Part shown: positions 17,320-28,800 of the stretch, piece after piece
Layout: the number at the start of each line of letters is the position of its first letter
Position numbering within the stretch: position 1 is the stretch's first letter
Assembly (NCBI RefSeq): GCF_001194135.2
Contig: NC_068981.1
Location: forward strand, 127,435,752-127,499,751
DNA length: 64,000 bases
Reading direction: 5' to 3'
Source of the DNA: Octopus bimaculoides
Taxonomy: Eukaryota
Program-made: the position numbers and the translations under genes
Notes under the pieces: generated by a model
Told to the model about the DNA's origin: nothing
Databases searched by the model: none
The model's input: the letters and a program-made list of their open reading frames with translations, nothing else

Positions 17320-17745
17320 ATAATGGGATTAGTGAATATCTAATTGGTAGGTATATTGGACCATCCGAAACAGTTGCATCTATATTAGTATTTTCAGTTC
17401 ATGAAAGAGCACCTCCAATAGTGAGACTGTAAGTTCAATCTACCAGATCAACAAAAATATTGCTCAGAAATTATGAGGATATATATGATTGTTAATGAGT
17501 GACCTATGAAAACAACATTGACAGAATTCTCTTCATTGTGCATCAATGATGACTTTGCAAAAACATTATTTTATGCTGAAGTACCTATGTATTTCACTAG
17601 GAACAATAGTAACAAAGAATGGCAAAGAAGAAAGCGAGGAAAAATTTGAAGGCCATTTGAACGTTTTCAAAGAAGAAACACTTGGTCGTGTTTATGTTGT
17701 CACACCAAAGGCAGGAGAACTATTATTTAAGAATTTTATTGCATG
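17320..17745 (+). mobile_element. Helitron Rep/helicase pseudogenic fragment
   Basis: Frameshifted translation gives GRYIGPSETV..VHERAPP, KTTLTEF.SLCINDDFAKTLFYAEVP.YF, KEWQRRKRG and LGRVYVV.P, matching Helitron RepHel motifs. Confidence 0.75.
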
Positions 17746-17940
17746 AAGTTTGAAATAATATTTTTTCCTTTCCCACTGCAAATCGACATTTTCAACTTAA
17801 AGATTCATTATTTTTATCAGTACATATGCACTTGCAATTCACTCTGGACACTAAAGAGATTTTGTTCCCTTAGTATAGAAACTACTGCATTTGTTCTTAG
17901 TAGTAGTAACAGCAAATTTCCATGGAGGAGCACTATCATT

Positions 17941-18171
17941 CATCATCATCATCATCATCGTTTAACGTCCGCTTTCCATGCTAGCATGGGTTGGACGATT
18001 TGACTGAGGACTGGTGAAACCGGATGGCAACACCAGGCTCCAATCTAATTTGGCAGAGTTTCTACAGCTGGATGCCCTTCCTAACGCCAACCACTCAGAG
18101 AGTGTAGTGGGTGCTTTTACGTGTCACCCGCACGAAAACGGCCTCGCTCGAAATGGTGTCTTTTATGTGCC
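17941..18171 (-). mobile_element. RTE-LINE 3' end with (GAT)n tail, running into an assembly gap
   Basis: Same 3' terminus as the RT-bearing copy at 32251-34537. Confidence 0.85.
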
Positions 18172-19502
18172 NNNNNNNNNNNNNNNNNNNNNNNNNNNNN
18201 NNNNNNNNNNNNNNNNNNNNNNNNNNNNNNNNNNNNNNNNNNNNNNNNNNNNNNNNNNNNNNNNNNNNNNNNNNNNNNNNNNNNNNNNNNNNNNNNNNNN
18301 NNNNNNNNNNNNNNNNNNNNNNNNNNNNNNNNNNNNNNNNNNNNNNNNNNNNNNNNNNNNNNNNNNNNNNNNNNNNNNNNNNNNNNNNNNNNNNNNNNNN
18401 NNNNNNNNNNNNNNNNNNNNNNNNNNNNNNNNNNNNNNNNNNNNNNNNNNNNNNNNNNNNNNNNNNNNNNNNNNNNNNNNNNNNNNNNNNNNNNNNNNNN
18501 NNNNNNNNNNNNNNNNNNNNNNNNNNNNNNNNNNNNNNNNNNNNNNNNNNNNNNNNNNNNNNNNNNNNNNNNNNNNNNNNNNNNNNNNNNNNNNNNNNNN
18601 NNNNNNNNNNNNNNNNNNNNNNNNNNNNNNNNNNNNNNNNNNNNNNNNNNNNNNNNNNNNNNNNNNNNNNNNNNNNNNNNNNNNNNNNNNNNNNNNNNNN
18701 NNNNNNNNNNNNNNNNNNNNNNNNNNNNNNNNNNNNNNNNNNNNNNNNNNNNNNNNNNNNNNNNNNNNNNNNNNNNNNNNNNNNNNNNNNNNNNNNNNNN
18801 NNNNNNNNNNNNNNNNNNNNNNNNNNNNNNNNNNNNNNNNNNNNNNNNNNNNNNNNNNNNNNNNNNNNNNNNNNNNNNNNNNNNNNNNNNNNNNNNNNNN
18901 NNNNNNNNNNNNNNNTTTTTTTTTTTTTTTTTTTTGCAGATTTGCATTCTCCGTAGCCGAAAACGGGGATTTGTGTAGAAAAAAAAAAGGGGGTGTTTTA
19001 TTTGAGGTGGGGTACAAAAGGAAGTTTTGCCGAATAAGTATTAGACTTAAAAACAAGTACTAGGGTCGATTTCTTCGTTTAAAGCATCCATGACTGTAGT
19101 CCAATCACTGAAACAAGTAAATGAGATAGATATAAAGATTGTCTTAAAAGAATTTTTATTTTGTCACAAGACAATTTTCAGACGAAATTTTGCTCGCGGT
19201 AACGGCTTCTCCATTTTGCTTTAAGTGATCGTTTGGTCAGCTGAAAATAGCAGCCAAATTTTCCCGTATATTATACGCTACCTTCTTTTTAAAAAATGCT
19301 ATTTAATATACTACATTGGATAATGTAGTGTAAGATGCATAAAGTCTGAAAATAAAAATGATGTGATGTTCATCGATGCAATGATTTCGATCGTAGAAAT
19401 GCCTGATAAATTAGGGCTGACGTAGGGATAAACATTCCTGATTTGAAAACAGCCAGCTCAGCAGCTACTGTTGCTATTGTTGTTATAAATGGAATACTTT
19501 TC

Positions 19503-21565
19503 GGTACTACTCAAGCAGAGCGGACCCGAACGCGCTGTCGCGCGTCCGCGCTAGCTAGTCGTGAGTGGTCGATCCTACGGAAAGTGCGCGTGGGCGCGCG
19601 TGCAAATGAATACATGTGTGCGCGTACGCGCGTATGCAAATTAGTAAATAATTTCTTTTAAACAAAGTAAATAATTTTTTTTAAATTACTTTTTTCTTTT
19701 CTAAACAACGTAGATAGGTAGAAGGAATAAAAATAACACACTATCTGTTTTTGTTAACTTCATACATTTTTTTTCTTTTAATTAAATTTTGTGAACAAAA
19801 TAATTTTTATTTTCTAAACAACGTAAATAAATTTTAAAAAAGGTGCACATTGGGATTAGACACTGAGGGAAACTTGATATGCTAGAAATAACAGCTAAAC
19901 GCNNNNNNNNNNNNNNNNNNNNNNNNNNNNNNNNNNNNNNNNNNNNNNNNNNNNNNNNNNNNNNNNNNNNNNNNNNNNNNNNNNNNNNNNNNNNNNNNNN
20001 NNNNNNNNNNNNNNNNNNNNNNNNNNNNNNNNNNNNNNNNNNNNNNNNNNNNNNNNNNNNNNNNNNNNNNNNNNNNNNNNNNNNNNNNNNNNNNNNNNNN
20101 NNNNNNNNNNNNNNNNNNNNNNNNNNNNNNNNNNNNNNNNNNNNNNNNNNNNNNNNNNNNNNNNNNNNNNNNNNNNNNNNNNNNNNNNNNNNNNNNNNNN
20201 NNNNNNNNNNNNNNNNNNNNNNNNNNNNNNNNNNNNNNNNNNNNNNNNNNNNNNNNNNNNNNNNNNNNNNNNNNNNNNNNNNNNNNNNNNNNNNNNNNNN
20301 NNNNNNNNNNNNNNNNNNNNNNNNNNNNNNNNNNNNNNNNNNNNNNNNNNNNNNNNNNNNNNNNNNNNNNNNNNNNNNNNNNNNNNNNNNNNNNNNNNNN
20401 NNNNNNNNNNNNNNNNNNNNNNNNNNNNNNNNNNNNNNNNNNNNNNNNNNNNNNNNNNNNNNNNNNNNNNNNNNNNNNNNNNNNNNNNNNNNNNNNNNNN
20501 NNNNNNNNNNNNNNNNNNNNNNNNNNNNNNNNNNNNNNNNNNNNNNNNNNNNNNNNNNNNNNNNNNNNNNNNNNNNNNNNNNNNNNNNNNNNNNNNNNNN
20601 NNNNNNNNNNNNNNNNNATTTCTCTAAAAAAGTATTTTTCCTTATAGAGATTGTTTTACTGCATGAATTACATCGCCAAATAACTCCGTCAATAGCACGT
20701 TGAAAAGATTGAATTTTCATTTGACGACAAGTACATTCTTTTTTTTTGTTTTTTTTGTTTTTTGTGAAATTAATTTGTTTCCATAATTCAACACGGTGAA
20801 GACATTTTGGTAATATTGGCGAGAAGAGGTCAATGAAGAGGAAAAGCCGTTTACAGAGAGAGGTTGAAGAAAGAGGAATTGACCTCCCTCTACCAATTTG
20901 AAATGGAAAGACGGGCTTGGTTTTACCAGTTCCTCTTTCTTGACCTCTCTCTGTAAAGGGCTCGTCCTCTTTCTTGACTTCTTCCCGCCAATATTGTTCA
21001 CAATTGAACTTAAGTGAAATGGTCACATATTGATGAGCCAATGTACCGTGATTATTACGATATGAAGTGTGGGAATTCGTGGGAGAACTTTCAGACATTT
21101 ATCAAGCACATAGCCGAAATATATCCACAGTGATTTCAGAAAGGTAAAGGTTACAGTTTTTTTTTTCTTTTTGTGTTTAGCTGTTATTTCTAGCATATCA
21201 AGTTTCCCTCAGTGTCTAATCCCAATGTGCACCTTTTTTAAAATTTATTTACGTTGTTTAGAAAATAAAAATTATTTTGTTCACAAAATTTAATTAAAAG
21301 AAAAAAAAATGTATGAAGTTAACAAAAACAGATAGTGTGTTATTTTTATTCCTTCTACCTATCTACGTTGTTTAGAAAAGAAAAAAGTAATTTAAAAAAA
21401 ATTATTTACTTTGTTTAAAAGAAATTATTTACTAATTTGCATACGCGCGCACGCGCCCACATGTATTCATTTGCACGCTCGCCCGCGCGCACTTTCCGTA
21501 GGATCGACCACTCACGACTAGCTAGCGCGACTGCGCGTTCGGGTCCGCTCTGCTTGAGTAGTACC
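19503..21565 (-). mobile_element. Merlin-like (IS1016/IS1595-related) DNA transposon with ~390-bp TIRs and 9-bp TSD; partly in a gap
   Basis: TIRs 19503-~19900 and ~21175-21565 start GGTACTACTC. Perfect TSD ATACTTTTC at 19494-19502 and 21566-21574. Internal minus-strand peptide C..M...DGVIWRCNSCSKTISIRKNTFLE (~20619-20735) resembles the N-terminal Zn-ribbon of ISXO2/Merlin transposases. Confidence 0.8.
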
Positions 21566-21706
21566 ATACTTTTCTTACTTTCCTGGACATACGCTTGCTG
21601 CATTATGCAGTTAGATGTTTTTAAAAAAAAGAAAGAAAGAAACTACCGTTGCATATTTTAATAAACATTTAAAATCTCCCGCGCGAGCTTCCGTAGCAAA
21701 GATATC

Positions 21707-21732
21707 GTTTCCTAGCAACTAGTTGCCATAAC
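21707..21732. promoter_or_regulatory. Candidate RFX X-box (GTTTCCTAGCAAC) plus adjacent half-site (GTTGCCATAAC); putative promoter of the DUF1330-like gene
   Basis: Motif match within a locally CpG-retaining stretch (~21600-21780) upstream of the gene; TSS not demonstrated. Confidence 0.5.
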
Positions 21733-22395
21733 ACCCAAACCGAACGCTGACGACGGAATTAAAATCGATAATTTGAGTGAAAACAAACAAAAATATAGTT
21801 AATATAAACAAATATCGAAATATTTTAGTTGGAATTTATTGAAAAATATACTTGCATTTTAATAGCAGTTGTTGTTGTAGAAAAAGAAGAAGAAGAAGAG
21901 AAGAAGTGGTAAAAAAAATCAGATTGTTATTGTTGTAAGTGGTGTTGTTTAGTCTCATGTCAGTATGGGTAAAGGTCTCCCAATATATCTGTTTAGATAT
22001 GGTTGGATGTAATTTGTAGATTTGGCAGCTATTTCCTAGCAGGTCGAGGGATCACATAGAGGATTCCGTTATAATCTCTGAACTGTGAATGTGTAATTCT
22101 GCTTTGTTGTTGCCCGGCGTGTTGCTGTTCTGTTATTGATGATGAGGAAGTCACTGATAATAATGATGATACTATTAGTGGTGGTGGTGGTGGTGGTAGC
22201 GGAAGTAATTGTAGTAGTAGTAGTAGTAGTAGAGCGAGAGATAATGATGGTAGAAATGTTATAATTGCAGATGTCTTAGTTCTCAGTCATCCCTGATCAG
22301 GAGGAACTAGAATTAAAATCGCCCGTCTTTATTTTATTGTATTATTTATATTTTTTGTTTTGGACATAATGCACAACGGACTAGATTATCTTATG

Positions 22396-22517
22396 GGTAA
22401 ATTTTCAGATTAACACCCGCACGATTAACCCTAACACTAACCCTAAAACTCTAACCCTAATCCTAAAACCCTAACACCCTATTGAAAATCGTCCGGTCGT
22501 TAATCTGAAAATTTACC
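22396..22517. mobile_element. 122-bp MITE with 19-bp perfect TIRs, 8-bp TSD and internal degenerate (CCCTAA)n
   Basis: TIR GGTAAATTTTCAGATTAAC / GTTAATCTGAAAATTTACC; TSD ATCTTATG at 22388-22395 and 22518-22525. Confidence 0.9.
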
Positions 22518-22939
22518 ATCTTATGTATCCTTCGCTTTTAAAGAACGTAGAATGTGATTTAACACTAATCCGCTGGATAATTCTCTCTGTTTACGAATAT
22601 TTATGAACTTCGGTCCAACTTGGACATCACTCATTACCTGTCCCTTACTTACCTCTCTCACCTGAATACCATCAACAAGGGCTTGTGATCAAAGTTCCCA
22701 TCGTCACTCCTCTATGTTTGTCTGACGCCTCCATTGTTCACTGGACTTTTCTGACTAGCAACAACTGTTTGATTCTCCCTCTGCACTTATCAGATTGTCT
22801 AACAACTTCCTTGTTACTCTCCACTATACACAAATGAATGGCAAGTGCAAAAACAACTCTAGCCATTTTACATGAACAAGGCTACAAACCTTGATACTGT
22901 CCCTCCAGTGGCCTGAAATAATGCACATCAGAGCTTTCT

Positions 22940-23590
22940 TTTAGCTGCTTTGCATGAATAACTTGCTTCATGATAGTCTATTTGCAGAGACCAGTGGTAG
23001 TCAGCCATCATGTTTATGTTCCACCTGCCTTGATACCTAGTTTCCATGGTCTCAATGTCTTGGTGGAATCTTTCTCACTTATGGCCCTATGATTTTTAGC
23101 GAAGTAGTGTGCATTACTGTGCAGGAAATGCACTTTTAGACTCATGTTGCAGTCCTGTGCTCAAAAATTGATTAGGAGGGTCTGCACAAGTTTTTCATAA
23201 TTTGATGACCTCCTGTTTCTAAGGAAATCAGATACAACTGCAGTGAAAGCATTCCATGTTTCTTTTTCAGTGCCATACATGGTCTCCAAAAACTGTTTGT
23301 CCTGCAATAGCCACCTAATCTGCAGCCCTTCAAACACACCAGCCTTAGTTTTCTCACAAGACAAAACTGGAAACTTTCTGCTTAAGTATTTGAAGCAGTC
23401 ACTGTCTCAGTGTTTCAGCACATTCTAAAAATTATATGGGGTGCCCAAGCTTTGTCTTGATGACCCAGTCTCATGCCAAAGTAAGTGAAATAAGCTTTCT
23501 TCACAAAATCTGCGATTTTGTTTTGCTGTCTAGATAAGTGTAACATCCACAAATATAGCAGAGGACATCAGGGCTGTTTTAGCATTTTCT
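22940..23590 (-). mobile_element. Internally deleted, degraded Chapaev-like (CMC) DNA transposase remnant
   Basis: N-terminal PDVLCYICG and YFGMRLGHQDKAWAPH are joined to C-terminal KAGVFEG.QIR, NMSLKVHFLHS and ERFHQDIETMETRYQGRWNINMMADY; family name from recall. Confidence 0.6.
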
Positions 23591-25877
23591 TCTCACACAA
23601 CTGGCCATATTTCTGGTATACAAAACGTATTCAAACCACCTGTCACCTGTCAACAGTTATAAAGTAAGCAAATGCAGGTTTGTGATGGCAAAGTTCCACA
23701 AAGAGCATGCATACTATGAAGTATGTTTTACAGTTCTTTGATGATGCTTGACAAAAAGTGATCTTGACTCATGTGATTTTGTAATTAAAACACTAAAGGC
23801 ACATTCAAAAAACCATTTTGTGTAAGAAATGGTTAAAGGTTCAACTAAACATTTCTCACCTGGTTTGCAATGATAATCAGACTAAATCAAGTACAGCCTG
23901 GGCATATCTAGAGACAAATTCCACAAATATGAAATATGTATGATGTCAAAGACCACAAAAAATGTGTTGTTTGTTAACATCTAATTTTATAAAGGACATT
24001 TCTGTCATCATCATGATATTTAAAACTGGTTAGGTTGAAAATAGTGAAAGTTGCTCAAGTTTGATACTTTTCATTTACCGAAGATACTTAAATCATGACT
24101 TTTGTTTTCACTTTTGTAGTTGCACTTACTTTAAATGATATTTAAAAACTGTTTTCAAAGTTGTCAAGCTCCATACATAGACAATACCAGAAATGTCACA
24201 AAATGGACATTTGAGTTTGTGTAAGATTTTGACATGATAAAGTAAAATCGATTTTATTTTTGAAAACAGTACCCCCAAATTACTAGGGAAGTATGTCTCC
24301 AACACCAAAAACCATGTTTCCCAGTGAATCTTTGGTTATATCTGCTGTACTCTCCATCCTGTACATTAATGATAATTTTACTGTCACCTTTAATGATGTT
24401 CACTCCTATACAGACGATATTCTTCACACTTCCCTAACTTTTTGCACACATATATCATTTACATGCAATCATAACACCCCTCATCAAACCTGCATGCACT
24501 ACCTCCATAAACAGAGACCTCCAAAACCTTCTCCAATAGAGACATAATCTTTTCTTCACTAAAACAAATATACAATTACTGTAGATATCATATTCATAAC
24601 AGAAAAATTTACGTCCCAAGGATTAATCTTCTGCTTTGGATGCAGAAACTATTTCAACTTTTAAACAGTTGTTGACTCTACAAATCTTACAGTGAAACCC
24701 ACAGTGAAATGTTGCCCCTACATTCCAGATGGTACTGCTGCTGCCACAACATACAAACACCCATGACTGTATTCAAAAGAAAACCCTTTGGCTAATTTGG
24801 CATAGATTCACTCACCAATACATTTTGAACTTTAGTCCACAGATATCCTATATCTTCATTCTGACTTTTCTACAGCTATTACAATGATCTCTAATTATCA
24901 AAGCTAGTTAGTAGTATACCATCCCCACCTATCTGTCATCTTCTCAGTATGCCAACCATCTAGAACAGTCATGGGCAACCTGCAACTTGCAAGAGTTTCT
25001 GAATGGTATGTCTAATGAAAAATTATCTTGAATTTTTTTAGCTGTATGATGAGAAGCCATATTTCATGTGAACCACTTCTTGAAAAAGTTGCCAATGCCT
25101 GTTCTAGAATTTCCTTCTCACCTATGTTTTCTTGCAGTCATCAACTATTTCTATCTCCCCAGTCAGAAGGTGGGGCTTAAACAAAAAATAAGGTCAAGCA
25201 ACTACTTAGATGTTTCCTTGTTGGCTTGTGTCTATTGCAATTGTTGGTGTTAAGGAACTGATATTGATAATGAAAAGGATGTTAATAATATTGTTGCTGC
25301 TGTGGTTTTGCATTTGTTATCATTGTTGAGGATGACTGACAATGATGAAGGGAATGATAGAAGCAATAATGACAAGGATGAGAATGTTATTGTGTTTGTT
25401 GCAAATATTTTAATTTCTTAATTTTACAGGCTTATGTGGGTCTGACAATATTATCCTCATCTAGCACTAACCTTTTGAAAGCACCTTGGCCAAAATATTT
25501 AACTATATGTTTAGTAGAGTTATAGGCCTGAAATTGCCTTTCTCAAGATTCTGGCTCACAACTGTTTTTTTCCCCAGTCTGCTGCCAGTTCCAATAGACA
25601 TCTGCCAAGAGAGGAGTGAACTGGATTTTAAAATGCTATGTTTTATTGATGGAATGTAATGTGAAAATATCAAATGCATGTAGTAAACCTTTTAATTTGC
25701 ATTTGTAAGTGTATTTGTATGACTGAATGGAAAATATGATCTGGCTGTGAAGTTGATGAAACACCTTTTTATTTGGTGTATTTTCTTACAAGTGCAGGAA
25801 GTGGAGAAGTATTAATTTGTATGAAAACTTACATCTTCCAGATGATCCAGCCCTGAACTGAAAGCCTATATCCAGTT

Positions 25878-25898
25878 ATGAATACGAAAAACATAGCA
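25878..25898 (+). CDS. Tentative first coding segment (MNTKNIA) of the DUF1330-like gene
   Basis: ATG followed by a strong GCA|gtaagt donor in phase 0; in-frame stop upstream at 25854. Confidence 0.35.
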
Positions 25899-28800
25899 GT
25901 AAGTTACATGCAACAATCATTCTATAACACAAAATGTTGGTGTCTTGCTAAGTCTCGTAATGATGCATACAATATCATTACTGCCATCCTTGTTATCATG
26001 ATGGTAACATACTTACACACATAAAATATACACATACAAACATATATAAATAATTTATCCCAACTTAAAACATGGATGTCCTGTTAGAACAAACTATACT
26101 GTAGCAAATACCATGAGAGAAACTCTCATATTGGTCTTTAGTGCAAAATGCATTCTTGTTTAAGCATTCTGTACCAAAAGCCAATACGAGAATTGGCTAC
26201 ACACATAACAATAGACAGGCCGAGCCTCAACAAAAATCACAAATGGAATAATAACACCCACCACCACACCATGCAACATGACAACTAAAGACAGAAGGGA
26301 GAAACAAAAATAAATAGATACAATCAGTGTAATACACAATGGACAAATATGCATATTCATCTGATAAATGTAAGAAATAGAGATAAATAGGTAAACACAA
26401 ACAAAAAAAACTGTATGAAGGGCACAGATACAAACAACATAGTAAGTGAACCCATACACACACACAAACACACATACAATAACTTCACAAATGGCTGCAA
26501 CAACATCAACAACGTGACCAATGACAACAGCAACAACAACAACTACCATGATGGTAGCAGCATGGGCAACAACACAGAGAGATATAGGAACAGTACCAAA
26601 AGTCAGGGTGAAGATCAGCAAGAGTGGCAATGGGAGGGGAGGGTCATAGAGATGCTTTAAACTCTGTGCTATTAATCGAGCCTCTATGTTCTGCCCAAGC
26701 ATGCTGGTAGAGCACTGATGAGTTTTTCCCTTCTTTGAGCTCTCGCCGATGTTCGCCTATACGCTCTCCTATGATGTGTGCAGTCTCTCCAATGTAGGTA
26801 GTTGTCATGTTTCTGCACCATCCTTCAGTACATTGTAAGCTATACACTACATTCCTAACCTTACAGTTAACAGTTAACCTGTGGATTCATCTATTGACAC
26901 ATAGAACTGACATGACACTTAGACAGATCACAGAAGCTACACCATCATCATCATCATCGTTTAACGTCCGCTTTCCATGCTAGCACGGGTTGGACGATTT
27001 GACTGAGGACTGGTGAAACCGGATGGCAACACCAGGCTCCAGTCTGATTTGGCAGAGTTTCTACAGCTGGATGCCCTTCCTAACGCCAACCACTCAGAGA
27101 GTGTAGTGGGTGCTTTTACGTGTCACCCGCACGAAAACGGCCACGCTCGAAATGGTGTCTTTTATGTGCCACGCGCACAAGAGCCNNNNNNNNNNNNNNN
27201 NNNNNNNNNNNNNNNNNNNNNNNNNNNNNNNNNNNNNNNNNNNNNNNNNNNNNNNNNNNNNNNNNNNNNNNNNNNNNNNNNNNNNNNNNNNNNNNNNNNN
27301 NNNNNNNNNNNNNNNNNNNNNNNNNNNNNNNNNNNNNNNNNNNNNNNNNNNNNNNNNNNNNNNNNNNNNNNNNNNNNNNNNNNNNNNNNNNNNNNNNNNN
27401 NNNNNNNNNNNNNNNNNNNNNNNNNNNNNNNNNNNNNNNNNNNNNNNNNNNNNNNNNNNNNNNNNNNNNNNNNNNNNNNNNNNNNNNNNNNNNNNNNNNN
27501 NNNNNNNNNNNNNNNNNNNNNNNNNNNNNNNNNNNNNNNNNNNNNNNNNNNNNNNNNNNNNNNNNNNNNNNNNNNNNNNNNNNNNNNNNNNNNNNNNNNN
27601 NNNNNNNNNNNNNNNNNNNNNNNNNNNNNNNNNNNNNNNNNNNNNNNNNNNNNNNNNNNNNNNNNNNNNNNNNNNNNNNNNNNNNNNNNNNNNNNNNNNN
27701 NNNNNNNNNNNNNNNNNNNNNNNNNNNNNNNNNNNNNNNNNNNNNNNNNNNNNNNNNNNNNNNNNNNNNNNNNNNNNNNNNNNNNNNNNNNNNNNNNNNN
27801 NNNNNNNNNNNNNNNNNNNNNNNNNNNNNNNNNNNNNNNNNNNNNNNNNNNNNNNNNNNNNNNNNNNNNNNNNNNNNNNNNNNNNNNNNNNNNNNNNNNN
27901 NNNNNNNNNNNNNNNNNNNNNNNNNNNNNNNNNNNNNNNNNNNNNNNNNNNNNNNNNNNNNNNNNNNNNNNNNNNNNNNNNNNNNNNNNNNNNNNNNNNN
28001 NNNNNNNNNNNNNNNNNNNNNNNNNNNNNNNNNNNNNNNNNNNNNNNNNNNNNNNNNNNNNNNNNNNNNNNNNNNNNNNNNNNNNNNNNNNNNNNNNNNN
28101 NNNNATTCTAGACCTTGCTTCCACACCTGAAACTTCTCCTCTAGTTCTGATAGTGACTCCGCAATTAGGGCAAGGTCATCAGCATAGAGGAGCTCCCAGG
28201 GGCAACCTGTCTTGAACTCCTCTGTGATTGCCTGGAGGACTATGGTAAATAATAGGGGGCTGAGGACGGAACCTTGGTGGACCCCTACCTCTACCCGGAA
28301 TTCATTGCTGTACTCATTTCCAGCCCTCACCTTACTGGCAGCATCTCTGTACATGGCTCGCACAGCTCTCACTAACCATTCTTCTATCCCAAGTTTCCTC
28401 ATTGACCACCAGATAAGGGATCGGGGGACAACAGTAGATAAATGAAGCATCAATAGAAAACATGAATGGAACAGCAACACCCACCACCACACGCCACCAC
28501 AAGACTAAAGACAGTAGAGATGAGAAGAGAGAGGAGAAAAAAAATTGTAAATGATACACAGAAACATACAGGGTAATACACACACAATAGAAATATATGC
28601 ACTTACCTGTGATACTTATGAGAAATAGAGATAGATGTATAAAAAAAAGTAAATATATAAATATATCTGTCATATACCTTTGATAAATATAAGAGATAGA
28701 AATAGATAAAATAAACTATATATGTGATGCGTATGGATGAGGACAGTGGTATAAGAAAAGTGCTAATCACTTAAAGTGGATGGAAGTTGTGGAAGAGGGA

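Noticed and set aside
24120-24218. Possible extra 5' exon of the DUF1330-like gene (acceptor ~24119, donor gtaaga)
   Set aside because: Cannot be joined in frame to downstream exons without a stop; may be UTR, unsupported without RNA data
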